A stretch of 41,768 nucleotides of DNA from a virus: IMG/VR virus record IMGVR_UViG_3300029303_000014; one strand, given 5' to 3'. Position numbers and translations under genes: made by a program. The notes under the pieces are model-generated. The model did no database searches, was not told the origin of the DNA, and was given only the letters and a program-made list of their open reading frames with translations. Shown piece after piece: positions 1 through 7,698 of the stretch (positions within the stretch are counted from its first letter, which is position 1; each line of letters begins with the position of its first letter).

Positions 1-80
1 GGTGGAGTGATGGAACGACTGACATACCGCGATAAAGACGGATTCCCGATGATGAAAAAACGTGGTGGATTCAAACAGGG
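1..80 (+). repeat. Terminal direct repeat, copy 1 (identical to 41689-41768)
   Basis: Base-by-base comparison of both ends of the window. Confidence 0.95.
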
Positions 81-474
81 AGGCGTTGAGCTCCTCGCAG
101 CCTACGAGGACACGGGGCTGACGCCGGAACTTGTGAGAGAAACCGCAGAATTGGCGATATGGGTGCATGATAATGGCCTTGAAAAGATTAAGGAATGGAT
201 TAAAGCTGACAAGGATGGGCGGCTGGTGGTGCTGCCAGTAAAGCCAGTACTTACGCCGATTCTTTCAAGCATGTTGTACATAATCGAGGACGGAGACATC
301 TATGAAGATGCTCTGTATGAAGCTATTGTTGGGATGTCGGAAAATGGGGAGATGAATGTAGTCTACACGACGCTTTCCGACCAGATAACCTTTGAACAAG
401 CCGACATCGGCAAGACGGTATTTCTCGCCCACGAGAAGGCGGAGAAAGCATTGGAGGCGATGAAAGATGGCTGA
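10..474 (+). CDS. Hypothetical early protein (154 aa)
   Basis: ATG at 10 is preceded by GGAGGTGGAG across the circular junction. The stop overlaps the next ATG. No family recognised. Confidence 0.7.
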   Translation: MERLTYRDKDGFPMMKKRGGFKQGGVELLAAYEDTGLTPELVRETAELAIWVHDNGLEKIKEWIKADKDGRLVVLPVKPVLTPILSSMLYIIEDGDIYEDALYEAIVGMSENGEMNVVYTTLSDQITFEQADIGKTVFLAHEKAEKALEAMKDG

Positions 475-751
475 ATTGAAACCGTGCCCCTTTTGCGGCA
501 ACACAAAACTCAAGGTCGAGCGAAAGTCTCGTCTCGCTGGGTGGAATGGTCTTGATATGCGCGTAGAAATGCACACCTACTCTGTCCGATGCAACACCTG
601 CCACGCGCGAGGTGGCGCTGTCGGGGGCCGAGTTATAAATGACACGTGGACACGCTGCGCTCAGCTTCCCGACTGGGCTACGACAGACAACGCTCTGGAA
701 GAAAAAGCAATCGAAGCATGGAACAGGAGGGCGGACAATGGATGGAGGTGA
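467..751 (+). CDS. Lar-family restriction alleviation protein (candidate)
   Basis: 94 aa with N-terminal LKPCPFCG, a second CNTCH pair and a C-terminal AIEAWNRR motif typical of the Lar family. Confidence 0.65.
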   Translation: MAELKPCPFCGNTKLKVERKSRLAGWNGLDMRVEMHTYSVRCNTCHARGGAVGGRVINDTWTRCAQLPDWATTDNALEEKAIEAWNRRADNGWR

Positions 752-756
752 CAGCG

Positions 757-909
757 ATGCGAAATCCGTGTAAGGACTGCATCTATTTCCACAAAGAGAA
801 CAGGACTTGCCAGTCGAAAAAATGTGCCACTGGCGGCAGCGGAAAAGTGTCTTGGGTTGATAAGCTGTTTTGTTCTCCATGCAAAAAGAACGGAGGCGCT
901 AAGCGATGA
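757..909 (+). CDS. Small Cys-rich protein (50 aa; alternative ATG at 742)
   Basis: GGAGGTG lies 7 nt upstream of ATG 757. Contains CKDC...C...C...CSPC pattern. Stop overlaps the next ATG (ATGA). Confidence 0.55.
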   Translation: MRNPCKDCIYFHKENRTCQSKKCATGGSGKVSWVDKLFCSPCKKNGGAKR

Positions 910-1196
910 GGCTGATTGACGTTGATGAATTGGGTGTGGGGAGGTGCAGCAAAGATGTTCTCCCCGCGGCGTATTGTGCTGGTTGGAACGGCTTACTTGG
1001 CTTGATAGAAAAAGCCCCAACAGTAGATGCTATGGTCGTGACGCGGTGCAAGGACTGCAAGCACTATCGCAACCACCCGAACGGGCTGTGCTATTTGCAC
1101 ACTGAACCGAAAGAGAACAAACGCGGGTATTCCGGCGGGCTGGTTTGCGTAGAGCCGGACGATTTTTGTAGCTACGGCGAGCGGAGGTGGGAATAA
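906..1196 (+). CDS. Hypothetical Cys-rich phage protein (96 aa)
   Basis: ATGA overlap with the upstream gene. Contains CKDCKHY...FCSYGERR motif. Confidence 0.65.
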   Translation: MRLIDVDELGVGRCSKDVLPAAYCAGWNGLLGLIEKAPTVDAMVVTRCKDCKHYRNHPNGLCYLHTEPKENKRGYSGGLVCVEPDDFCSYGERRWE

Positions 1197-1198
1197 TA

Positions 1199-1414
1199 AT
1201 GGCTGAGTATTTTGCAGAAAGAACGTGCGATGTGTGTGGAACCAGAGTTGCAGTCAAAAAAAGGTTGTTCTTCAAGACGTATTACGACTATACAAGGATT
1301 CGCTTCAACGGAAGAAATGAGCGAGCTATCTTGTGCCAAAAATGCTATGCGGACATGGTGCTGGAATTGCGCGAAAAGCTTGAGGGAAAGAACCATGCTG
1401 ACGATCACGATTAA
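1199..1414 (+). CDS. Small zinc-ribbon protein (71 aa)
   Basis: GGAGGTGG lies 8 nt upstream of ATG 1199. Contains CDVCG...CQKC pairs. Confidence 0.65.
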   Translation: MAEYFAERTCDVCGTRVAVKKRLFFKTYYDYTRIRFNGRNERAILCQKCYADMVLELREKLEGKNHADDHD

Positions 1415-1559
1415 AGCCAATATTCCCGCCGCCGATGCGCAGGGCATCAAGGAGCGCGTCGCCATGGACATCGAGCGATACGGCGACTGTAAGGTCGTGA
1501 AGGTCGAGAGCGACCGGGGGCGGGAAGAACAACTGCGAATGAAAGGAGACAAGTTATGA
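1395..1559 (+). CDS. Hypothetical small protein (54 aa)
   Basis: Internal ATG of track ORF 1212..1559, positioned just before the stop of the previous gene. Plausible composition. Confidence 0.5.
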   Translation: MLTITIKANIPAADAQGIKERVAMDIERYGDCKVVKVESDRGREEQLRMKGDKL

Positions 1560-1660
1560 GCATGGATGGAATTTGCGTTAACGATGATTGCCCGTTGTGT
1601 GCCGACTATTGCCCAGTTCCGGACACCGAAGGCGTGTGCCGTCACGAAGACAGGAGATAA
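1556..1660 (+). CDS. Cys-rich micro-ORF (34 aa, below the track cutoff)
   Basis: AAAGGAG lies 8 nt upstream. ATGA overlap with the upstream stop. Translation MSMDGICVNDDCPLCADYCPVPDTEGVCRHEDRR. Confidence 0.45.
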   Translation: MSMDGICVNDDCPLCADYCPVPDTEGVCRHEDRR

Positions 1661-1663
1661 GGA

Positions 1664-1882
1664 ATGAGCACATTTCCTGACCGCCTGCGCAAATTACGGG
1701 AACGCCAGCAGCTAAAGCGCTGCGTGCTGTCCGAACTGTGCGGGCTGAATCGGAATACCATCAAGCGGTATGAGATGGGGACGCAGAAACCGTCAATGGA
1801 CGCACTAATAAGCATCGCTGATTATTTCAGCGTGTCTATTGATTATCTGCTCGGTCGATCGGACTACCCAAAAATTTTATAA
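1664..1882 (+). CDS. XRE-family HTH transcriptional regulator (72 aa)
   Basis: HTH_3-type pattern LRKLRE..LKRCVLSELCGLNRNTIKRYEMG...SIDYLLG. Confidence 0.8.
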   Translation: MSTFPDRLRKLRERQQLKRCVLSELCGLNRNTIKRYEMGTQKPSMDALISIADYFSVSIDYLLGRSDYPKIL

Positions 1883-2638
1883 AATTTTTTTACAAAACTC
1901 ACTTATAAGTGAGTCAGGGCGTTGCAATAATGAGAAAATCGAACCGCAGAGGTGTAAAAGCCTTTGCGGTTCTCTCATTTATGGCGTTTAACCTCCTGCG
2001 CCATAGCGGGGCGCGGTGTTTTTCATCTTTTCACACCGCCCCCGCGATATGCCGAACGCACGATGCAGCCCACGATCAGGGCCGAGAGGTCGCACCTCTC
2101 ATGCGGCACAGGACTCCCCGCACCTCTCAACGATGTGGCCCAGGGGAGACATACGCAGACGTAGCTCAATCGGTAGAGCACCGCGCCAGGAGGTAGATGC
2201 AGGTTCAAACCCTGCCGTCTGCACCAGATGTATGCTACCGCATTGCGGCACGAAAGGGTAAGACCGCTACAAGGGGCTTGCCTGTGCGCTGTATGAAAGC
2301 GGCAGGCCGAAGAATATTTATTTAGCTGGCTCCGGCCTATAAATGAAAAAACGGATGCGACCGACATACCGGCGCAGGGCTGAAAAGTTCCGTGGTTATC
2401 CGGCGCTGCTGTCTTTGCGAGGAGGCTGAGGCGGTAAATGGATGTGGCGTGGTGACGGCAATCGAGAGATTAGGCCGTTGTGTAGGCCATGCCGAACAGA
2501 GCGCAGCGCCGGAGACTGTGTAAGTATCAAGCCCCTTAGCGGGCATAGAGTAGCCCTTCGGGGCGGGTAAAGTTTGCTATGTAAGGCCAAGGGGTGGGGG
2601 CTGGTAGCAAAAAAATGCGACAAGAGAGGTGGTGACGA
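1883..2638 (+). ncRNA. Candidate large structured non-coding RNA or leader (756 nt) upstream of terS
   Basis: No credible ORF on either strand. Many hand-paired helices: 1929-1979, 2006-2045, 2084-2100, 2280-2307, 2400-2408/2504-2512 and 2531-2564 (with a UUCG tetraloop). Contains an embedded tRNA-like element. Confidence 0.45.
2155..2226 (+). tRNA. tRNA-like element with a truncated anticodon arm (probably non-decoding or a pseudo-tRNA)
   Basis: Acceptor stem GCAGACG/CGTCTGC. D arm GCTC-AATCGGTA-GAGC. T arm GCAGG-TTCAAAC-CCTGC. Discriminator A plus encoded CCA. Only 18 nt lie where anticodon arm plus variable loop need about 21-22, and no 5-bp stem can form there. Confidence 0.5.
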
Positions 2639-3010
2639 GTGCCATTAACAGCAAAGCAAGAGAGATTTGTTCAAGAGTACCTTGTGGACTTAAATGCCAC
2701 TCAGGCCGCCGCGAGAGCCGGTTACAAGAATGCTGAAAAGGGTAGGCAGTTAGTTACGAATAGTAACGTTTCGGCTGCTATCCAGAAGGCAAAGGCAGAA
2801 AGACAGAAACGAACGGAAGTAACGCAGGACTATGTTATAGAAAAACTCAAAGAAATCGCAGACAAGCCTGCGTCTGATTGCACGGAAAGCGATTTGAAAT
2901 ATGCGAATAAGCTAAAAGCGCTTGAAATGCTGGCGAAGCATACGGGTGTGTTCGATAAGCAAGACAACACAAGCGCCGATTCCGTTGTCAAGGTGATTAT
3001 TGATGTCTGA
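2639..3010 (+). CDS. terS: Terminase small subunit
   Basis: Terminase_2-type N-terminus LTAKQERFVQEYLVDLNATQAAARAGY. GTG start after GAGAGGTGGTGA. Confidence 0.85.
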   Translation: MPLTAKQERFVQEYLVDLNATQAAARAGYKNAEKGRQLVTNSNVSAAIQKAKAERQKRTEVTQDYVIEKLKEIADKPASDCTESDLKYANKLKALEMLAKHTGVFDKQDNTSADSVVKVIIDV

Positions 3011-4241
3011 CATTCGTTTGTCAGAAAAGATCGGGCCTGCGTTTTATGACATTGCACATGACATTTTCCGGCATGGTCACACGCATTACGATTTTAGCGG
3101 TGGACGCGGTTCGTTGAAATCGTCCACGGTATCAATTATCGTCCCGCTTTTACTGGTTGCCAATCCGGGCACGCACGCGCTTGTGCTGCGCAAGGTGGCA
3201 AACACCATCCGCGATAGCGTCTATGCCCAGTATATTTGGGCAATCGGTGAGTTGGGCATGGCGGCGTATTGGGAAGCCAAGGTTTCTCCGATGGAGCTGA
3301 TCTATAAGCCGACAGGACAGAAGATCATGTTCCGTGGTGCCGATGACCCCATGAAGATCAAGTCTATCAAGGTTCCGTTCGGCTATATCGCCGTGACGCA
3401 CTTTGAAGAGAAAGACCAGTTTGCTGGACGCGCGGAAATCCGAAACATTTTGCAGTCCACCATGCGCGGCGGCTCGGTTTTCTGGAATTTTGAAAGCTAT
3501 AACCCGCCGATCTCGCGCGACAACTGGGCGAACAAGGACAGCTTAGAAGAACGCGCTGACCGGCTGTGCCACAAGTCAACATATCTGCAAGCCCCACCTG
3601 AGTGGTTGGGCGAGCAGTTTCTTGCAGAAGCGGAACACTTGAAAGAAACGGACGAGCGCGCATATCAGCATGAGTATCTCGGTATTCCGGTAGGAACTGG
3701 CGGCAATGTGTTCGATAAGCTGGAATTGAGGGAGATCACCGACAAAGAAATCGAAAGCTTCGACCGCATCTATCAGGGCGTTGACTTCGGATGGTTCCCG
3801 GATCCGTTCGCGTTTATCCGCCTGCATTATGATCGGGCAAGAGAGACGATATATCTGTTAGACGAGATTTATCAAAATAAACTATCCAACGAGCAAAGTG
3901 CGACCATGATAAAGCAGCGCAGATATAACAACGTTAGAACAATCTGTGACAGCGCGGAGCCAAAGAGCGTGGCTGACCTACGGGCAATGGGATTGCCGGC
4001 GTATGAGGCGGTCAAGGGACCCGGCTCGGTCGAATACGGCATGAAGTTCTTGCAGCGGAGAACAATTGTCATTGACAGGCGGCGCACACCGCGCGCTTAC
4101 AATGAGTTCGTGGGATACGAATACGAAAGAAACAAAGACGGCGACATTATCAGCGGATACCCAGACGCGAACAACCACTTGATTGACGCGACGAGGTATG
4201 CGTTAGAGCCTGTCAGCCGCAGAATGGGAGTTATTGCATGA
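3003..4241 (+). CDS. terL: Terminase large subunit (PBSX/Terminase_3-like)
   Basis: 412 aa. Walker-A-like GGRGSLKS, nuclease-half motifs, and position after terS. ATG 3003 (TTG 3000 is also possible). Confidence 0.93.
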   Translation: MSDIRLSEKIGPAFYDIAHDIFRHGHTHYDFSGGRGSLKSSTVSIIVPLLLVANPGTHALVLRKVANTIRDSVYAQYIWAIGELGMAAYWEAKVSPMELIYKPTGQKIMFRGADDPMKIKSIKVPFGYIAVTHFEEKDQFAGRAEIRNILQSTMRGGSVFWNFESYNPPISRDNWANKDSLEERADRLCHKSTYLQAPPEWLGEQFLAEAEHLKETDERAYQHEYLGIPVGTGGNVFDKLELREITDKEIESFDRIYQGVDFGWFPDPFAFIRLHYDRARETIYLLDEIYQNKLSNEQSATMIKQRRYNNVRTICDSAEPKSVADLRAMGLPAYEAVKGPGSVEYGMKFLQRRTIVIDRRRTPRAYNEFVGYEYERNKDGDIISGYPDANNHLIDATRYALEPVSRRMGVIA

Positions 4242-5671
4242 GCAATGCAGTTATCCAAAAGTTAAAAGAACTTGGCTATACGACGATCCCGGAAGAGTTT
4301 TACAGCCAAGTTGACCTCTGGAAGTCTTGGTATCAAGGAAACGTCAAAAACTTCCATAGATACCGCAAGTATAACGGGCATGAATGGGTTAATTGTGAGA
4401 GAGAAACACTTGGCATGGCAAAGAAAGTTTGCGAAGACTGGGCCAATTTGCTTCTGAATGAAAAAATCCAAATCACAGTTGATGGAAAAGCCGAACAGGA
4501 TTTCATTAACCGAATTTTGAAAGAAAACAACTTTTCGGTTAAGGCGAATGAAATGCAGGAGTTAAAAGCTGCACTTGGAACAGTGGCATATATCCCAAGA
4601 GTTGTTGGGCAGCGTGTTAATGATTACGGGGCGTTAATGGCTGGAACCGCAGACGATATTTTCATCGATTATGTCACAATGGAACACATTTACCCGATTT
4701 CATGGCAAAACGGAGTAATTACGGAGTGTGCATTCGATAATATCGTAAACCGAGGCGGGAAACGATATTTATTCTTACAAATTTTTAGGAAAGCAAAAAC
4801 AGGGAATTACATTATCGAAAACAGCATTTACGGGTATGAAAACGAAGTATTGACACCAGCAAACTTATCCGATGTATCAGGGTTTGAACGCATTCCGGAT
4901 TATGTAGATACTGGAAGCAGTGAGAGACAATTTGTTATTGACCGACTTGCGATTGCAAACAATGTCGATTATTTGCTTCCTACGGGGATCCCGGTATTTG
5001 CAAATTCAATAAGCGTGTTGCGCGTCATTGATAAAGCGTATGATTGCTACGCAAATGAATTTGATAATGGTGCGTTGCTTTTAGCCGTGAAAATGCCCGC
5101 CACAAGATACGAGGACGGCAGGCCCACATTTGATAAGCATGACAATCGCATTTATCTGCTTCCGGAAGATACGCAGCAAGGGAATGTTGTAGATGCGATT
5201 TCCCCGCAGTTGCGAACCTCGGAACTTAATATCGGGTTGCAAGATCAGCTAAACGTTTTGTCAAGTAAGTGCGGATTTGGAACGAATTTTTACCAATTCA
5301 ATCAGGGCGCAGTTATGGCAACGGCGACACAAGTTATTAGTACAAACTCAAAACTTGCGGAATCAAGAGGGAAACACCAACTTATTTTGCGTGATGCACT
5401 TACCGAACTATGCCGCATTCTTTTAAGACTTGGCAATAAAGCTATCGATGTAAACCTTAATGAAAATGCAGAAATCTCAATTGCGTTTGATGACTCCATT
5501 TTTATTGATACTGAATCTGAACGTGCACAGGACAGACTTGACGAAAACATGGGAGCAATGAGCCTTTTAGAATACCGTATGAAATGGTATGGAGAGGATG
5601 AAACGACTGCAAAAGCTGCGTTGGAAAAGGTGCATGAGATGGTCACAGAACCTCAAAATGAGGTCGAATAA
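4238..5671 (+). CDS. Portal protein (SPP1 gp6-like)
   Basis: 477 aa, ATGA overlap with terL, canonical position and length. Confidence 0.88.
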   Translation: MSNAVIQKLKELGYTTIPEEFYSQVDLWKSWYQGNVKNFHRYRKYNGHEWVNCERETLGMAKKVCEDWANLLLNEKIQITVDGKAEQDFINRILKENNFSVKANEMQELKAALGTVAYIPRVVGQRVNDYGALMAGTADDIFIDYVTMEHIYPISWQNGVITECAFDNIVNRGGKRYLFLQIFRKAKTGNYIIENSIYGYENEVLTPANLSDVSGFERIPDYVDTGSSERQFVIDRLAIANNVDYLLPTGIPVFANSISVLRVIDKAYDCYANEFDNGALLLAVKMPATRYEDGRPTFDKHDNRIYLLPEDTQQGNVVDAISPQLRTSELNIGLQDQLNVLSSKCGFGTNFYQFNQGAVMATATQVISTNSKLAESRGKHQLILRDALTELCRILLRLGNKAIDVNLNENAEISIAFDDSIFIDTESERAQDRLDENMGAMSLLEYRMKWYGEDETTAKAALEKVHEMVTEPQNEVE

Positions 5672-5674
5672 AGT

Positions 5675-6844
5675 ATGGCGAAATATCCGTTTACGCCGGA
5701 AATCCTCGATGCTCTCCCAGAAGAATTAGCAAAAATCTATCGCGCTCTCGAAAACACGCTGCTTGATGAGATTTGCAGCCGATTGGCCTTCGCAGATCAG
5801 CTCAATGAAGTTACGGTGCAGGATATTCGAGCGCTGAGATCGCACGGCATTGACCTTAGAAGCATCGAAGAAGCTATTAGCAAAACAGCAGGGATTAGCA
5901 AACAAAAGCTAAATAGTTTGCTTAATGACGTTGTAGAGCGCAACCAGAAGTATTACACCGAAGTCATCGACCTTGCGCATGTAACGCAGCCAGAAACGCT
6001 TGTAGACGCGGCTACAGTGGATGCAATTAAGCGGCAGACCCATGATACATTCCGCAATTTAACGGCTTCTATGGGTTTCCTCGTGGGTAACACGATGTTA
6101 AAGCCCGCGCGCGCTTATCAGTGGGCTTTGGATAACGCAGAAATGCAGATCCAGAGCAGCGCGATCAGCTACAATCAGGCTATTGCAAACGTTGTAAGGC
6201 AGCTCGCAGATAGTGGCATTAAAGTTGTAGACTACGAAAGCGGGCATCGTGATTTCATTGATGTAGCGGCGCGTCGCGCTGTGATGACCGGCGTAAATCA
6301 GATTTGCGCCAAGTACACCGAGAAATCGGCGGAGTATTTAGATACCCCGTATTTTGAGGTTTCTGCCCATGCGGGCGCACGCGATATTCCGGGCAAATCA
6401 CCGTGGTCATCTCACAAAGCATGGCAAGGCCTCGTATATTCCACTCGTAGCAATGACATTTACCCCAGCATTTACGATGTGTGCGGTCTTGGGGCCGTTG
6501 ATGGGCTTGAGGGGGCTAACTGCCGACACAGGCGGAATGTTTGGGTTGAGGGCGTAAGCGAACGCACATACACTGATGAGCAACTTGCCCATATTGATGA
6601 TGATCTTGGCTGCACGTTTGACGGAAAGAAATACACTGCATACGATGCGACGCAGATGCAACGGCGCGTTGAGCGACAGATTATCAAGCAGAAAAAGCTT
6701 GTAACAGCATATAAGGCGAGTGAGCAAAAGGACGAATATTATGCCGCAAAAGCAAAACTGGCAAGACTGAACGCCAAATATAAGGCTTTTAGTAAAGCGG
6801 CGGGGTTGCCGCTGCAATGGGAAAGGACAAAGGTGCTGTATTGA
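5675..6844 (+). CDS. Minor head protein, MuF / SPP1 gp7 family
   Basis: 389 aa following the portal. Central region is Phage_Mu_F-like. Confidence 0.8.
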   Translation: MAKYPFTPEILDALPEELAKIYRALENTLLDEICSRLAFADQLNEVTVQDIRALRSHGIDLRSIEEAISKTAGISKQKLNSLLNDVVERNQKYYTEVIDLAHVTQPETLVDAATVDAIKRQTHDTFRNLTASMGFLVGNTMLKPARAYQWALDNAEMQIQSSAISYNQAIANVVRQLADSGIKVVDYESGHRDFIDVAARRAVMTGVNQICAKYTEKSAEYLDTPYFEVSAHAGARDIPGKSPWSSHKAWQGLVYSTRSNDIYPSIYDVCGLGAVDGLEGANCRHRRNVWVEGVSERTYTDEQLAHIDDDLGCTFDGKKYTAYDATQMQRRVERQIIKQKKLVTAYKASEQKDEYYAAKAKLARLNAKYKAFSKAAGLPLQWERTKVLY

Positions 6845-6975
6845 ACTTTGACGAAGCCATCAAAACCGTGCAAGCAATCCTAAAGCGCGGCAACGATGCA
6901 GAGATACGTAGAAAAGGCGATGGGTATATCGTCTTAGAGGTCAAAAAGACAATCAAATACAGCACTCAAACATAA
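6841..6975 (+). CDS. Possible small ORF (44 aa, TTG start)
   Basis: TTG overlaps the MuF stop and AAGGTG lies upstream. Below the track cutoff. Weak support. Confidence 0.3.
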   Translation: MNFDEAIKTVQAILKRGNDAEIRRKGDGYIVLEVKKTIKYSTQT

Positions 6976-6981
6976 AAGAAA

Positions 6982-7001
6982 CCGCCCCGGTTAAGGGGCG
7001 G
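6982..7001 (-). terminator. Hairpin terminator for minus-strand gene 7041..7238
   Basis: CCGCCCC-GGTTAA-GGGGCGG. The A-run on the plus side gives a T-tail on the minus strand. There is no T-tail on the plus strand. Confidence 0.6.
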
Positions 7002-7040
7002 GGAAATCGTTATCTTTACTGTCTTGAATGTCCATTTAAG

Positions 7041-7238
7041 TTAAAACCCAAGTTTCGTTTGACGATTGATCTCGTAAGCAACTCCTGCATCATAAGCCTT
7101 AATAAGTGGCAAAAGTCCGTTTTCCACTTCTTCCATGAGAGCGTACATCGCGTTACTTTTGCAAGCGGGAACAATTTCCCTTTGCTCGTGCGCCTCCTTG
7201 ATGCCAATTTCATAAGCTTTTACTTCAACGGCGGTCAT
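7041..7238 (-). CDS. Hypothetical 65-aa protein, reverse-oriented inside the head module
   Basis: Clean ORF with its own terminator, divergent from the RHH gene. No family recognised. Confidence 0.6.
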   Translation of the reverse strand: MTAVEVKAYEIGIKEAHEQREIVPACKSNAMYALMEEVENGLLPLIKAYDAGVAYEINRQTKLGF

Positions 7239-7295
7239 GTCAAATTCCTTTCCGGCTTTCGCCTGTCACATTTGTTCCTTGTGAGTATAGGATAC

Positions 7296-7311
7296 TATAA
7301 GTTTACTTATA
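7296..7311. promoter_or_regulatory. Operator-like inverted repeat TATAAGT-tt-ACTTATA
   Basis: Perfect 7-bp arms in the divergent intergenic region. Confidence 0.55.
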
Positions 7312-7362
7312 TTTCAAGATGGGATATTCCACAATAAATTGGGGGTTGAATTGTTAAAAATG

Positions 7363-7397
7363 TATAAGTTGACTTATTACAGAGAGTGTGATACTAT
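7363..7397 (+). promoter_or_regulatory. Promoter TTGACT-17-TACTAT, overlapped by a second operator TATAAGT-tg-ACTTAT
   Basis: -35 at 7369-7374 and -10 at 7392-7397 with TGa immediately upstream. The inverted repeat at 7363-7377 overlaps the -35. Confidence 0.6.
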
Positions 7398-7419
7398 GTT
7401 GCAAAAGGAGGTTTGCAGC

Positions 7420-7596
7420 ATGGCAACAGAGGCGCAGATAAGAGCAAGCACGAAGTACAACCGGAAACAGGACTCCTTAACGGTGAGGGTGGATAAAGAA
7501 ACCGGCAAAAAGATACGCGATGCCGCAGAACGGCGAGGCGTAAGCGTAAAAGAGTTTATTCTTGCGGCGGTAATGCCGCACATCAACGATAAGTAA
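7420..7596 (+). CDS. Ribbon-helix-helix (Arc/CopG-like) DNA-binding protein (58 aa)
   Basis: AAAGGAGG RBS. Pattern KYNRKQDSLTVRVDKETGKKIRDAAERRGVSVKEFILAAV is typical of Arc-like RHH proteins. Confidence 0.7.
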   Translation: MATEAQIRASTKYNRKQDSLTVRVDKETGKKIRDAAERRGVSVKEFILAAVMPHINDK

Positions 7597-7637
7597 ATAA
7601 CAACTTCCGCGTAATTGGGCGCGGGAAAGGGCAATAG

Positions 7638-7685
7638 GAGCCGAACGGTACGCGGATTTTGCGGGTTGTTCGGCTCTTTTGTTTT
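7638..7685 (+). terminator. Rho-independent terminator
   Basis: GAGCCGAAC ... GTTCGGCTC (9 bp) followed by TTTTGTTTT. Confidence 0.75.
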
Positions 7686-7698
7686 AGGAGGGCTAAAT

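Noticed and set aside
1909-2623. Track ORFs inside the 1883-2638 region (1909..2196, 1964..2164, 2016..2261, 2023..2367 minus, 2337..2546 minus, 2396..2623 minus).
   Set aside because: None has an RBS. They overlap one another in several frames, run through the tRNA-like element, and have Arg/Pro/Ser/Cys-rich translations typical of non-coding G+C-rich sequence.
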